From the NCBI GenBank assembly GCA_044225505.1, contig JBGAIN010000002.1, positions 124,001-175,793 on the forward strand: DNA of 51,793 nucleotides. The letters run 5' to 3'. The notes beneath the pieces are model-generated. The model was given only the letters and a program-made list of their open reading frames with translations, searched no databases and was not told the DNA's origin. Position 1 is the stretch's first letter, and the number at the start of each line of letters is the position of its first letter. Source of the DNA: Limisphaerales bacterium. GTDB taxonomy: Bacteria > Verrucomicrobiota > Verrucomicrobiia > Limisphaerales > SIBE01. Position numbers and translations under genes: made by a program. Positions 29,144 to 38,643 of the stretch are shown one piece after another.

Positions 29144-30406
29144 ATGCAAGATCTGCTGGACTACAAGAAATTCGCCGTCCTTTACGTCGACGACGAAGAA
29201 AAGTCGTTAAAGCTATTTGCGCGGGCCTTTTCAGGTTCCTTTCGCATCCTAACCGCTCCGAACGCCCAGGAAGGCCTCAAAATTCTTCAAGAACACCGCC
29301 ACGACATCGGCGTCCTGATGTCGGACGAACGCATGCCCGGAGAAAAAGGGGTCTGGTTGCTCGATCACGCCCGACAGCTGGAACCTCGGATTGTCCGAAT
29401 TCTGGCTACGGCCTACGCGGATATGGATGCCGCGATTGCCGCCGTGAACGCCGGAGCGATCTACCGTTACATCACCAAACCCTGGGATCCAGTGCAACTT
29501 GAACAAACGCTCAAGCGAAGCCTGGAGTTCTTCGTGGTACAGCGCGAACGCGATCAACTGCTTACAGAAAAGATGTCGATCTTGCACAATTTGATGATTG
29601 CGGATCGGATCGTTAGCCTTGGACTCTTGGCGGCTGGCTTGAGCCACCACATCCGAAACGCGCTAGTAGCCGTAAAAACGTTCCTGGACTTAGCTCCAGC
29701 CAAAATGCAGGAAGAAAAGAAAGAGCCGGACAAGCTTCGAAATCCCGAGTTTTGGAGAGACTATTACCGGAATGTCCAGGGGCAGATTGAGAAGATCAAT
29801 CACTTGCTCAAGGAATTGGGATCTGCTTCCGAGGATCCATCGTTTCAGTTCAATGACACCGTGAATGTGCGCGAGATTGTCAATGAGGTCATTTCCAGTT
29901 TGGCGGAACCATTTTCACAGGCAGGCATTCGCGTAGAAAACAACATCCCAGACTCTCTCCCACCGCTCAAAGTCGACAAAGCTAGGTTTTCCCGGTTGTT
30001 CGAACTGCTGCTCCGCGATGAGCTGGCGAGTTTGGCCAAAGGAAATACCGTGACGTTTTCCGGAACTGTTCCCCGGCAGAACGGAGATGAGGCATCCGAA
30101 GTTACCATTCAGATCCACGATACCGGCCCTGGACTCCCGAAAGACGCGCTCCGTTTGTTGTTCGACCCCTTCGTTGTCCGTTCGGAGAGCCCGATGGAAT
30201 ACGGGATCAATCTCATGGCGTGCTATTTCATCGTACACTATCACGGCGGAAAAATCCTCGCGGAGAGCGAGCAAGGCCAAGGGACAACCTTTACTCTGCG
30301 CCTGCGCACCAACCCGATGGTCGCACCGCCCACCCAAGAGAGTCCCGAGTTCCTGCAACGCGCGCTGCTGAACCAGACCCTCTGGCAGAAGCTGGCCGCC
30401 TCTTAG
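29144..30406 (+). CDS. Receiver plus degenerate histidine kinase (PhcR/PhcQ-like)
   Basis: YVDDE, MSDERMP and KPW receiver; SHHIRNAL H-box; N-box Asn absent (ELLLRDEL); G2 box replaced by EYGINL. Confidence 0.85.
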   Translation: MQDLLDYKKFAVLYVDDEEKSLKLFARAFSGSFRILTAPNAQEGLKILQEHRHDIGVLMSDERMPGEKGVWLLDHARQLEPRIVRILATAYADMDAAIAAVNAGAIYRYITKPWDPVQLEQTLKRSLEFFVVQRERDQLLTEKMSILHNLMIADRIVSLGLLAAGLSHHIRNALVAVKTFLDLAPAKMQEEKKEPDKLRNPEFWRDYYRNVQGQIEKINHLLKELGSASEDPSFQFNDTVNVREIVNEVISSLAEPFSQAGIRVENNIPDSLPPLKVDKARFSRLFELLLRDELASLAKGNTVTFSGTVPRQNGDEASEVTIQIHDTGPGLPKDALRLLFDPFVVRSESPMEYGINLMACYFIVHYHGGKILAESEQGQGTTFTLRLRTNPMVAPPTQESPEFLQRALLNQTLWQKLAAS

Positions 30407-30586
30407 TCAGAGAATCCCCCGCAGGTTCAAATATTCGGCCGGGTCGACTTGTCCGAAATTGCGGACAAGACGCGACGAAGTACGACCGGCCGGTCTTGTT
30501 CCCCGAACAGAATAGAGTTGTGTTCAGGGCTAAATGGCGTAAGAACATGATTCCAGAAGCGAGCGTAGCTCCTTTATCGCGAGTAA

Positions 30587-32602
30587 ATGAAAACAATTCT
30601 GGTTTTAGCGCAACACCCGGGATTGCCCGACGGGGTGAGAACCGCGCTTAATCCGGCGGAGTACCGAGTCATTCATCGGTTAGGAGTTACGGAAGCTGAA
30701 CCCCTCTTGCATCAGCGACTTGTCGATTTGTGTCTTGTCGACGTGGAAGGCGCGGAAATCCAGGCCACCTGGGCTGTTGAGAAACTGCGGCGACGCCTGC
30801 CAGCCTGCCCGATCTTCGCCTACACGAGTTCACCAAAGCCAGACTGGGAAGAAGAGGCATACCTTGCCGGCGTCCAGCATGTTCTGACCAAACCCGTTCG
30901 GCCCAGGCTGCTTATGTCGCTCTTGGAGCGGCTCTGGGCGCCAGCCCCCCGCACCTCGCCGACCGGAGCCGCCCGCCCGCAGTTCCGTGAGACGCAATCT
31001 GACCCGGAATTTAATCATCGCGAGTTCCAAGCTCTGGGGGTCCTCCGGAACTTGTCGGCAATTTTGACCCATTCACTCTGTGCCGAGGGCCTGCTAAAAC
31101 AGTTCTTACTTCTCTTACGTGAAATCGTCGGTGTCAACCGAGTCTTAATTTTCCTCAGACGCCCTTCTGCTTCCTTTGGCGGAGTAAGTGGCGAAGAAGG
31201 CCGCTGCCTCCGAGCTGCGTGTGCGATCGGTCTGTCCTCCGGGCTATTGGAACATTTCGAGTTAACGACTGATTCAGGCATCGGAGCTCACCTGTTTCGT
31301 CAGGGGCGGGTTCTGCGACGAAACAGCGATACGGCTCAAAGTGATGTCGAAATTCAGAAGGAATTTGAGGTCATGGGGACCGAGGTTGCGGTGCCGATTC
31401 TCGATCGGGAGACGTTCATGGGGGTCGCCGCCTTGGACGGTCGAGTCACGGGAGAACCTCTGACAAATTCGGAGTTGGAGTTGATTTTCCACCTATTGGA
31501 AGAAGTTGGTTTGGCCGTCAAGAATATCTGGCTACACAATCAACTCTCCTCCAACCATGAAATGATGACGGACATTTTCCGTCAATTGAGCAGCGCTTGC
31601 ATCGTCGTCAGCCGAGACTTGGCGATCCTGCACGCCAACAAAGCGGCCAAAGCGTTTCTGGCCCGTCCGGGGAGATCTCAAGGTGATTTTGAGTTTAGCG
31701 ACCTACCCCAGGTTCTTGGAGCCAAGGTGTATCAAGTGCTTCAGACAGGCACTGCCATCACGACCTTCAAATACCAGCCGCCCGACAGCCCGAATTCCCT
31801 TTTCCACATCACAATTCTGCCGTTTCAAAAGCAGGATTCGGCTCTGCCCAGTTCGGCTCTTTTGGTCGCAGAGGATCACACGCGCTCGGACCAGCTGCAG
31901 AGGCTGGAAATTGAGACCTCTAACTTGCGACTGGTCCGGACTATGGCCGACCGGCTCGCTCACGAAATCGGGAATGCCCTGGTGCCCATTTCGACGCATC
32001 AGCAACTTCTGGCCCACAGTTATCAAGATCCGGATTTTCGGGCGTCGCTCAACGCCGCGCTGTCCGACGGCGTGAAGCGCATCTCACGCTTGACCAGCCA
32101 AATGCGGTTTCTAGCTCGAGATAGCATTGTGGCCAAGGAAGCGTTTCCGCTGGAACAACTTTTGGAGGAAGCGTACGAGGAAGCGAAGAAGCATCAACCG
32201 GTTCGCACCTCGCGCATGACTTACGAGAATGGGACAGAGCCAGTCATTCTTGCGGGAGATCGTTCCGCCCTCAAACACGCGCTCACGGAAGTTCTGATCA
32301 ACGCCCTGCAGGCCAACCCTGCGGACGCCAAAATCGGCGTGCGAACGCGCTCCAACGGCAATGGCGGCGGAGAGAGCGATGTCAGCATTGAAGTCCAAGA
32401 CAATGGCCCGGGATTTGCCGCCGATTTGGTTCAGCGTGCTTCGGAACCGTTCTTCACGACGAGGAACGTTGGTCTGGGACTTGGGTTGACAGTAAGCCGA
32501 AAGATCATCGAGACTCATCAAGGGCATCTTGATGTTGGAAACTCTCCTGAGAACCACTCGGGACTTGTGCGTATCTCACTGCCGTCGTCGACTCGGCAGT
32601 AG
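30587..32602 (+). CDS. Atypical receiver, GAF, PAS histidine kinase
   Basis: Receiver lacking the acidic pair (LVLAQH), GAF-like AVPIL...GVAAL, AHEIGNAL, DNGPG and GLGLGL. Confidence 0.85.
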   Translation: MKTILVLAQHPGLPDGVRTALNPAEYRVIHRLGVTEAEPLLHQRLVDLCLVDVEGAEIQATWAVEKLRRRLPACPIFAYTSSPKPDWEEEAYLAGVQHVLTKPVRPRLLMSLLERLWAPAPRTSPTGAARPQFRETQSDPEFNHREFQALGVLRNLSAILTHSLCAEGLLKQFLLLLREIVGVNRVLIFLRRPSASFGGVSGEEGRCLRAACAIGLSSGLLEHFELTTDSGIGAHLFRQGRVLRRNSDTAQSDVEIQKEFEVMGTEVAVPILDRETFMGVAALDGRVTGEPLTNSELELIFHLLEEVGLAVKNIWLHNQLSSNHEMMTDIFRQLSSACIVVSRDLAILHANKAAKAFLARPGRSQGDFEFSDLPQVLGAKVYQVLQTGTAITTFKYQPPDSPNSLFHITILPFQKQDSALPSSALLVAEDHTRSDQLQRLEIETSNLRLVRTMADRLAHEIGNALVPISTHQQLLAHSYQDPDFRASLNAALSDGVKRISRLTSQMRFLARDSIVAKEAFPLEQLLEEAYEEAKKHQPVRTSRMTYENGTEPVILAGDRSALKHALTEVLINALQANPADAKIGVRTRSNGNGGGESDVSIEVQDNGPGFAADLVQRASEPFFTTRNVGLGLGLTVSRKIIETHQGHLDVGNSPENHSGLVRISLPSSTRQ

Positions 32603-32837
32603 CACATTACGACTGAGACCTGGCCTAGCTTCGAGGCCAGGTGAAATATCCTTGTGAGGGTCAGGGTTTTAGCCTAAACTTCCCACTTTGAGTGCGCCAT
32701 GCAAGGCGCAGCTTGTTGGTGAGGCCACGTCTTTCATTTCAGCTGGACGTCCGGACCGGTTCCAGTGGACCGGTGGAGATGCTTGCTTATTCTCAGTTTC
32801 CGTCAGCGGATCAGGAGCGCCCGATCGTGTAATCGTT

Positions 32838-34121
32838 ATGACCCTGAACACGCCCCAAAACGCAAGCCTGGACGGAGCCCTACAGCCCCTGTCGCAGCCG
32901 GCAAAACAAACTCTGTTAATTGTCGATGATGAAGAAGGTCCTCGGCAATCCATTCGCATTGTTTTCAAAGAGGACTACCAGATCTTGATGGCCGATAACG
33001 GTCCAGCCGCGATTGCCCTTGCGAAGCAGCACTCCATTGACGCCGCCGTGTTGGATATTCGCATGGCAGGAATGTCCGGAATCGAAGTTCTAAATGCCCT
33101 CAAAAGCATCGATCCCACCACGGAAGTGGTCATGTTGACAGCATACGAAACATTGGAAACAGCGCGTCAGGCACTGCGCCTCGGAGCGTGTGACTATCTC
33201 AACAAACCGTTTGATATTGCCACTCTGAGGGAAGCGGTCCGGAATGCCATGGAACGCCGGTGTATTTCCCAGCAAATCCGAACCAATAACCTGCGTCTTC
33301 GAGAGTTGCAGGTGGAGATTCAGAATCAAAAAGTCCGTGAAGAACTCGCGCGGACGCGCGGCGAGATCTACGCCAGCATCATTCATGATATCAACGGACC
33401 ACTGACAATTATCTCGGGCTTTATTGAAGTCATCAACCAGCGTATCGGTGACGCCACTCACCTGGAAGGCGACAAGCTCGATATTATCAAAGATCGACTC
33501 ACACGCATTACCAAGCAGGTCACGAGCTGCATCCAAATCTCAAACCGCTATCTGAGTTTCCTGCGAGGCTGCGCCGAAGAAAGCACGCCGGTCAGCGTCA
33601 ACCAAATCCTCAACGATCTGGGAGAACTGCTTCGCACCCACACGAGTTTGCAGAAGAATAGCCTGGTCATCCGCTCCCTGCCGGAAGATATGTCCGCGCA
33701 GATCAATGGTACAGACCTGATCCAAATCCTGCTCAATCTCGCCATCAACGCCTTCCAAAGCTCCGATCAAGCCCATCAAGTCGAGATTCGCAGTGAGAAA
33801 GTGGAAACGGCGTTGGACCTGACGCGCCTTCAAGACGGTCCCCAGGACGTCTTTGTCAATCGAGAGCAGTTTGTCAACGCGTCACCGTTGCTCGCATTCA
33901 CAGTTGCGGACAGCGGTCCTGGAGTTCCGCCGGACGTATTATCTCGCATATTCGATCCGTACTTCACAACGAAACCCGTCGGCCAAGGTACCGGACTGGG
34001 GTTATCGATCGTGAAACGTCTCGTGGAACAAGCCGGTGGCGCAATCCACCTTCATACCGAAGTGGGCCGGGGCACGAGCTTCACGATCTACTTGCCCTGC
34101 CAGCCCGCGTCGTCTTCTTGA
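32838..34121 (+). CDS. Receiver-histidine kinase hybrid
   Basis: LIVDDE, VLDIRM, KPF, IHDINGPL, NLAINA, DSGPG and GTGLGL. ATG 32838 is preferred over the longer ORF start. Confidence 0.9.
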   Translation: MTLNTPQNASLDGALQPLSQPAKQTLLIVDDEEGPRQSIRIVFKEDYQILMADNGPAAIALAKQHSIDAAVLDIRMAGMSGIEVLNALKSIDPTTEVVMLTAYETLETARQALRLGACDYLNKPFDIATLREAVRNAMERRCISQQIRTNNLRLRELQVEIQNQKVREELARTRGEIYASIIHDINGPLTIISGFIEVINQRIGDATHLEGDKLDIIKDRLTRITKQVTSCIQISNRYLSFLRGCAEESTPVSVNQILNDLGELLRTHTSLQKNSLVIRSLPEDMSAQINGTDLIQILLNLAINAFQSSDQAHQVEIRSEKVETALDLTRLQDGPQDVFVNREQFVNASPLLAFTVADSGPGVPPDVLSRIFDPYFTTKPVGQGTGLGLSIVKRLVEQAGGAIHLHTEVGRGTSFTIYLPCQPASSS

Positions 34122-34187
34122 TGGTAGTCCAGTTCGACGACGGAATCAGCTCGAACCGAGCCCTTGTTCTCCCAGGTGTTGCTCTCG

Positions 34188-35162
34188 TCAGGTTGCTAAT
34201 GGACAAATGCCACGGCCCGTCATCCGAAGTGGCCCGGCTTGATCTCGATCAGCGATCAAACTCCGCATCCCAAGGCGCAGTCCTGTAATCGAATCCAATC
34301 TTCGGGCGCCCTCCAGCAGCAATGCCGTAGAAAAGGCGTCGGTTTCTGTTGCTGACGGTAACACCACCGCTGCCAACAGAGCAGACTGGGCAGGATAGCC
34401 TGTGCGAGGATCAAGAACATGCCCAAAAACTTTGCCCCCCCATTCGAACGACTTGCCATGAATCGCCGAAACTGACATGGCCTCGTCTTTCAGCTCCACC
34501 ACCGCAGCGGGCAACTTGGCGGAATCGGCCCCGGCATCTGGCATTTCCGCACCGTGCATCGGAGGTGAATCGATCGCAACGCGCCAGGCGTCACAATCGG
34601 GTGGCACGCCGATCGCACAGACCGTGCTGGTCCCGCCATGAATCAGTCCACTGGTAATTCCGTCCTCGACCAGCGATTCACACGCCACCTCAAGAGCATA
34701 TCCTTTTCCAATCGACCCCAAATCCAGCATCATGCCCGGACGTTCGAATTGGATGGTCAATTGTTTTTCGTCCAAGTGCACAAAACGCATCCCAACAAGT
34801 GCTCGAGCCTCATCGATCTGCGCTTTCGAAGGCACTTGTCCCGTTCCTCCCATGAATCCCCAACATCGCATCAAAGGAGCAACCGTAACATCGAAAGCTC
34901 CGGCCGTTTCGAGATGAATTCGACGAGCAAGCTGGAGCAGGGCAAAGAGTCGCGGTTCGACGCGTACCGCTCGTCTCGCAGCACGGGAATTGATCGAGCA
35001 GACCTCACTGGAAGGGAGATACAAGCTCAGTTGCGCGTGAAGGCGTTCAATCTCTTGAAACGCAGTATCTGCTGCAGCGCGCAAGCGCACCGCATCATCG
35101 CCGTGCAAAACCATCTCGAATCGGGTCGCCATGGCATTGCGCGCAGCTCTGATCATTTCCAT
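34188..35162 (-). CDS. apbE: FAD:protein FMN transferase
   Basis: AMAT, GAFDVTV, LDLGSIGKGYA, HVLDPRTGYP and DAFSTA. Confidence 0.92.
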   Translation of the reverse strand: MEMIRAARNAMATRFEMVLHGDDAVRLRAAADTAFQEIERLHAQLSLYLPSSEVCSINSRAARRAVRVEPRLFALLQLARRIHLETAGAFDVTVAPLMRCWGFMGGTGQVPSKAQIDEARALVGMRFVHLDEKQLTIQFERPGMMLDLGSIGKGYALEVACESLVEDGITSGLIHGGTSTVCAIGVPPDCDAWRVAIDSPPMHGAEMPDAGADSAKLPAAVVELKDEAMSVSAIHGKSFEWGGKVFGHVLDPRTGYPAQSALLAAVVLPSATETDAFSTALLLEGARRLDSITGLRLGMRSLIADRDQAGPLRMTGRGICPLAT

Positions 35163-35169
35163 AACCAGC

Positions 35170-35212
35170 GAAAAGGAAACGGGGTTTCGAGAGCAAAGCT
35201 CGCGAAACCCCG
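35170..35212 (-). terminator. Rho-independent terminator after the Gfo/Idh/MocA gene
   Basis: 15-bp stem cggggtttcgagagc / gctcgcgaaaccccg with one mismatch, followed on the minus strand by TTTCCTTTT. Confidence 0.65.
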
Positions 35213-35235
35213 AGGAATCGACGGAATCAAACCCT

Positions 35236-36612
35236 TCAGGACAATTCCAACGTCCCGTAGGTTATCGGTGTGATTTCTTTCCCATCACCGCTCGTAATCT
35301 TACGCGTGTTCTCGTCAAACAAACAGACGGTCTTTAGACGGTCGGACATTTCGCCAAGCGAAATAACCGTTTGGACGCGAATGGCGAGATCGATGTTCGC
35401 ATTGGGCTGCTTTCCACTCCGAATACAGTCGAACCAATTCTTATGATGCACCGGGATGCTCTCCGGTGGGAAAGCTTCGCTGGTTTCCGGATCGATCTCT
35501 TCGGTAAAAGGCCGCTCCGGTTTAAGTTGCACAAGATTCCCAGCCATCGTGAGAGTGGCTTTGTGTCCCCGAATCATCTCTTGAGTCCCCACTTCATTCA
35601 CCGTGCTGCTAGTAATGTGCATCACCATCCCAGACGGGAACTCCGCGATGAGCTGAGCGATTTCGGGCGAATCCCGCAACCGCGTGTCTGGAGTCAGTTT
35701 ATCCGTCTCCACTTTACGAGTGCCGATACAAGCAACGCGGACGGGGAATTGGGGATTGCCCGTGGCGAGCATGTAAGGATGTAGTTTGTGAGGGAACAGG
35801 TCGCTGAGCAAACCCGCGCAATATGGGTAATACTTGCGCCATCGAAAGTAGTCGTCAGGGTTAAACTCCTTCTTCTTCTTGATTTGTTGTCCCATCCACA
35901 TCATCCAGTTCACATCTTCCGGAGTACACCAAGCTTGGATCTTATATTGGTTCCACTCACCCGCAGGGGTGTTCCGCATATAGGATCCCTGGCTCATGAC
36001 AACCGGACCAATTTTGTCCGCTTTGATCCACTCGGCCGCTTTATGCCATTTCAAATCGGAGCAACCCTGCGACCCTACCTGGAACACTTTTCCCGTCTTC
36101 TTTACCGTGTCATAGACCTCAAACGCTTCTCCCAAATACCGACTCATGGGTTTTTCCACGTAAATATGTTTGCCCGCGTTCATTGCGTCTACCGACACGC
36201 GTGCATGCCAGTGATCGACCGTTGCGCAGACAATCGCATCAATGTCTTTTTGCTCCAGAAGCTTGTGATAATCATCCAGTGCTGGAGCCGAACCGCCTGC
36301 AGCTTGCTTGGCTTCGTCCAAACGATGTTTCGAAACATCGCAAACGCCACCCACAGCGATGTTGTTCGCCTGCGCATTCTGCAGCATCGGTTTGAGGTGC
36401 GAATTCAACCCTTGATTTCCGAGTCCGACAAAGCCGACGACAATCCGATCGTTCGCGCCAATGACGCGACCGGTCGACGGCGCCTGAGTCTGACCGTAGA
36501 CCGGCGTTCTCAACAGACGGGTTGTCGCCGCTGCGGCCGCCACCGTTGCCGCCTTTTTGATAAAATCCCGGCGCGTGTTACGGCCGGCTTTTCCTACATT
36601 TTCATTGTCCAT
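35236..36612 (-). CDS. Tat-exported Gfo/Idh/MocA oxidoreductase
   Basis: TRRDFIK Tat motif, GFVGLGNQG, DHWH, YVEKP and FQVGSQ. Confidence 0.93.
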   Translation of the reverse strand: MDNENVGKAGRNTRRDFIKKAATVAAAAATTRLLRTPVYGQTQAPSTGRVIGANDRIVVGFVGLGNQGLNSHLKPMLQNAQANNIAVGGVCDVSKHRLDEAKQAAGGSAPALDDYHKLLEQKDIDAIVCATVDHWHARVSVDAMNAGKHIYVEKPMSRYLGEAFEVYDTVKKTGKVFQVGSQGCSDLKWHKAAEWIKADKIGPVVMSQGSYMRNTPAGEWNQYKIQAWCTPEDVNWMMWMGQQIKKKKEFNPDDYFRWRKYYPYCAGLLSDLFPHKLHPYMLATGNPQFPVRVACIGTRKVETDKLTPDTRLRDSPEIAQLIAEFPSGMVMHITSSTVNEVGTQEMIRGHKATLTMAGNLVQLKPERPFTEEIDPETSEAFPPESIPVHHKNWFDCIRSGKQPNANIDLAIRVQTVISLGEMSDRLKTVCLFDENTRKITSGDGKEITPITYGTLELS

Positions 36613-37039
36613 AAAGCAGTGCGTTTGGTCACTCTCTGCGAGGTGTTGGGGTCACGTTACTATTCTTTTTCTCTCGGTCAACCATGAACATTAGACCGAA
36701 AACCGGGACTTTTCTTCAATGATCGCCGCGTTTTCTCAGCGCTGTAAAGAATCAGCCTTCATTAGCACGCAACGTCAGTCAAAACCGATTCTATAAGTCA
36801 ACGCTCAGTCGAATCTTGATCGCTCATACTGTCATGCGTAATTCCCGGAATGGACGGATCAATCAGATCAATGGTTTCCCCGTCAGACCGGTACTTCCCT
36901 GCCCTCCAGACGCGTCAACTGGAGGTTTCCTCGTTTCCGTAGACGAACGAATCCGCTCTAAATCCGATAAAGTCAGAGTCTACCAAGTTCCTTTCGACAA
37001 ACTGCTTTCTTTTTCCGGACCCATTTCTAAAGTCAACGC

Positions 37040-38374
37040 ATGATTCCGCGGTATTCGCGCGCTGCCATGCGCAACATCTGGACAGAAGAGAATAAACTGC
37101 GCCTCTGGCTCCAGATTGAGTTACTTGCGAGTGAAGCGCTGACCCGGGAAGGCGTCGTGCCTGCAGCGGACTTCGTGAAACTCAAGGCAGGGCTCGACGC
37201 TGCCAGCGCAGATACTACCACCCTCTCCGCCCGCGCCAAAGACCTGGAAAAAACCCTGAACCATGACGTCATTGCCTTCACGACGGCCGTGGCGGAGATA
37301 ATCGGAGATCCGGCGAGCCGCTGGCTTCACTTTGGATTAACCAGCAGCGACATCATCGACACGGCGTTTGCGCTTCAGATATGCCAAAGTGCTGACCTGC
37401 TGCTCGAAGACGCCCGCCAACTTCGAGAGGTTATCGCGCGACGCGCTCGGGAATATCAGTTTACGCCGATGATCGGCAGGAGTCACGGAATTCACGCGGA
37501 ACCGACGACCTTCGGCCTCAAACTCGCACTCATGCACGATGAGTTTGGTCGAACGGCAGATCGCTTTCAACGAGGACGCGAGATCGCGGCCGTAGGGAAA
37601 CTTAGCGGAGCCGTTGGGACCAACGCTCACCTCTCTGTCGCGTTGGAAGATCATGTCTGCAGTCGACTGGGCCTGAAGCCGGCAACGATCGCCACTCAGG
37701 TGATTTCGCGAGATATCCACGCAGAATTCCAGACTATCCTGGCACTCGCAGGCGCAACCATCGAACGTTGGGCAGTTGAATTTCGCCACCTCCAACGGAC
37801 AGAAGTGCTGGAAGCCGAGGAACCGTTCACGAAGGGGCAGAAGGGAAGCAGCGCAATGCCGCACAAACGAAATCCGATCACCTGGGAACGTTTAACAGGC
37901 TTGGCCCGCATCCTTCGTGGAAACGCGATGGCCGCATTGGAAAACGTCGCTTTGTGGCATGAACGCGACATCAGCCACAGCAGTGTTGAACGAATTATCT
38001 TCCCGGATTCCTGTACCTTACTCGATTACATGTTCTCTCTGCTGATCCGCTTGATGGATGGGCTCAACGTCTACCCTGAGAACATGAAGAAGAATCTGGG
38101 CCTCAGCCTCGGCATGTGGAACTCGCAGACCGTTCTGCTGGCGCTTATCCGAAAGGGCCTCTCGCGAGAAAGGGCTTACGAACTGGTCCAGCGCAATGCC
38201 ATGCAGACTTGGAGCGTGAAGCATGCCGGACGCGACGATGCGGATTTCCTTCAGCAATTGTTGAGCGACCCTGATGTGGCTGAGGTCTTAAGCACGGCTG
38301 AACTTGAAAAACTCTGTGCGGTGGAGTTTCACACTAAAGAGGTGACCAATCGGTTCAAGAAACTGGGACTCTGA
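37040..38374 (+). CDS. purB: Adenylosuccinate lyase
   Basis: MIPRY, HDVIAF, HFGLTSSD, GRSHGIHAEPTTFG and GSSAMPHKRNP. Confidence 0.98.
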   Translation: MIPRYSRAAMRNIWTEENKLRLWLQIELLASEALTREGVVPAADFVKLKAGLDAASADTTTLSARAKDLEKTLNHDVIAFTTAVAEIIGDPASRWLHFGLTSSDIIDTAFALQICQSADLLLEDARQLREVIARRAREYQFTPMIGRSHGIHAEPTTFGLKLALMHDEFGRTADRFQRGREIAAVGKLSGAVGTNAHLSVALEDHVCSRLGLKPATIATQVISRDIHAEFQTILALAGATIERWAVEFRHLQRTEVLEAEEPFTKGQKGSSAMPHKRNPITWERLTGLARILRGNAMAALENVALWHERDISHSSVERIIFPDSCTLLDYMFSLLIRLMDGLNVYPENMKKNLGLSLGMWNSQTVLLALIRKGLSRERAYELVQRNAMQTWSVKHAGRDDADFLQQLLSDPDVAEVLSTAELEKLCAVEFHTKEVTNRFKKLGL

Positions 38375-38643
38375 CGAGCTAGCATTCTCTCACCCCGTGT
38401 CCGGTTTGGGCACCCGCCGACCCGTTGTCAACGAGACGCCTCATTCCTCTACGTTCCGCTGGGAGCCGACTAAGGCTCCGGTCGTGACGAATTCCCCGTT
38501 TTCCGGTTGAAGACAGTTCGGATCGCGGCGAAGTTTCATGTGGTTAAAGAGGAGGATGACTATGACGCAGCCGTTTCAACGAATGACAACTTTCGAGGCC
38601 CACAATCCCGAATCTGCAATCCTCTCCGAACGATTGTCCGCCG

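Noticed and set aside
36613..37039. Purine or ZTP riboswitch upstream of purB
   Set aside because: Only a single hairpin (cctccag/ctggagg) is visible and no aptamer consensus was recognised.
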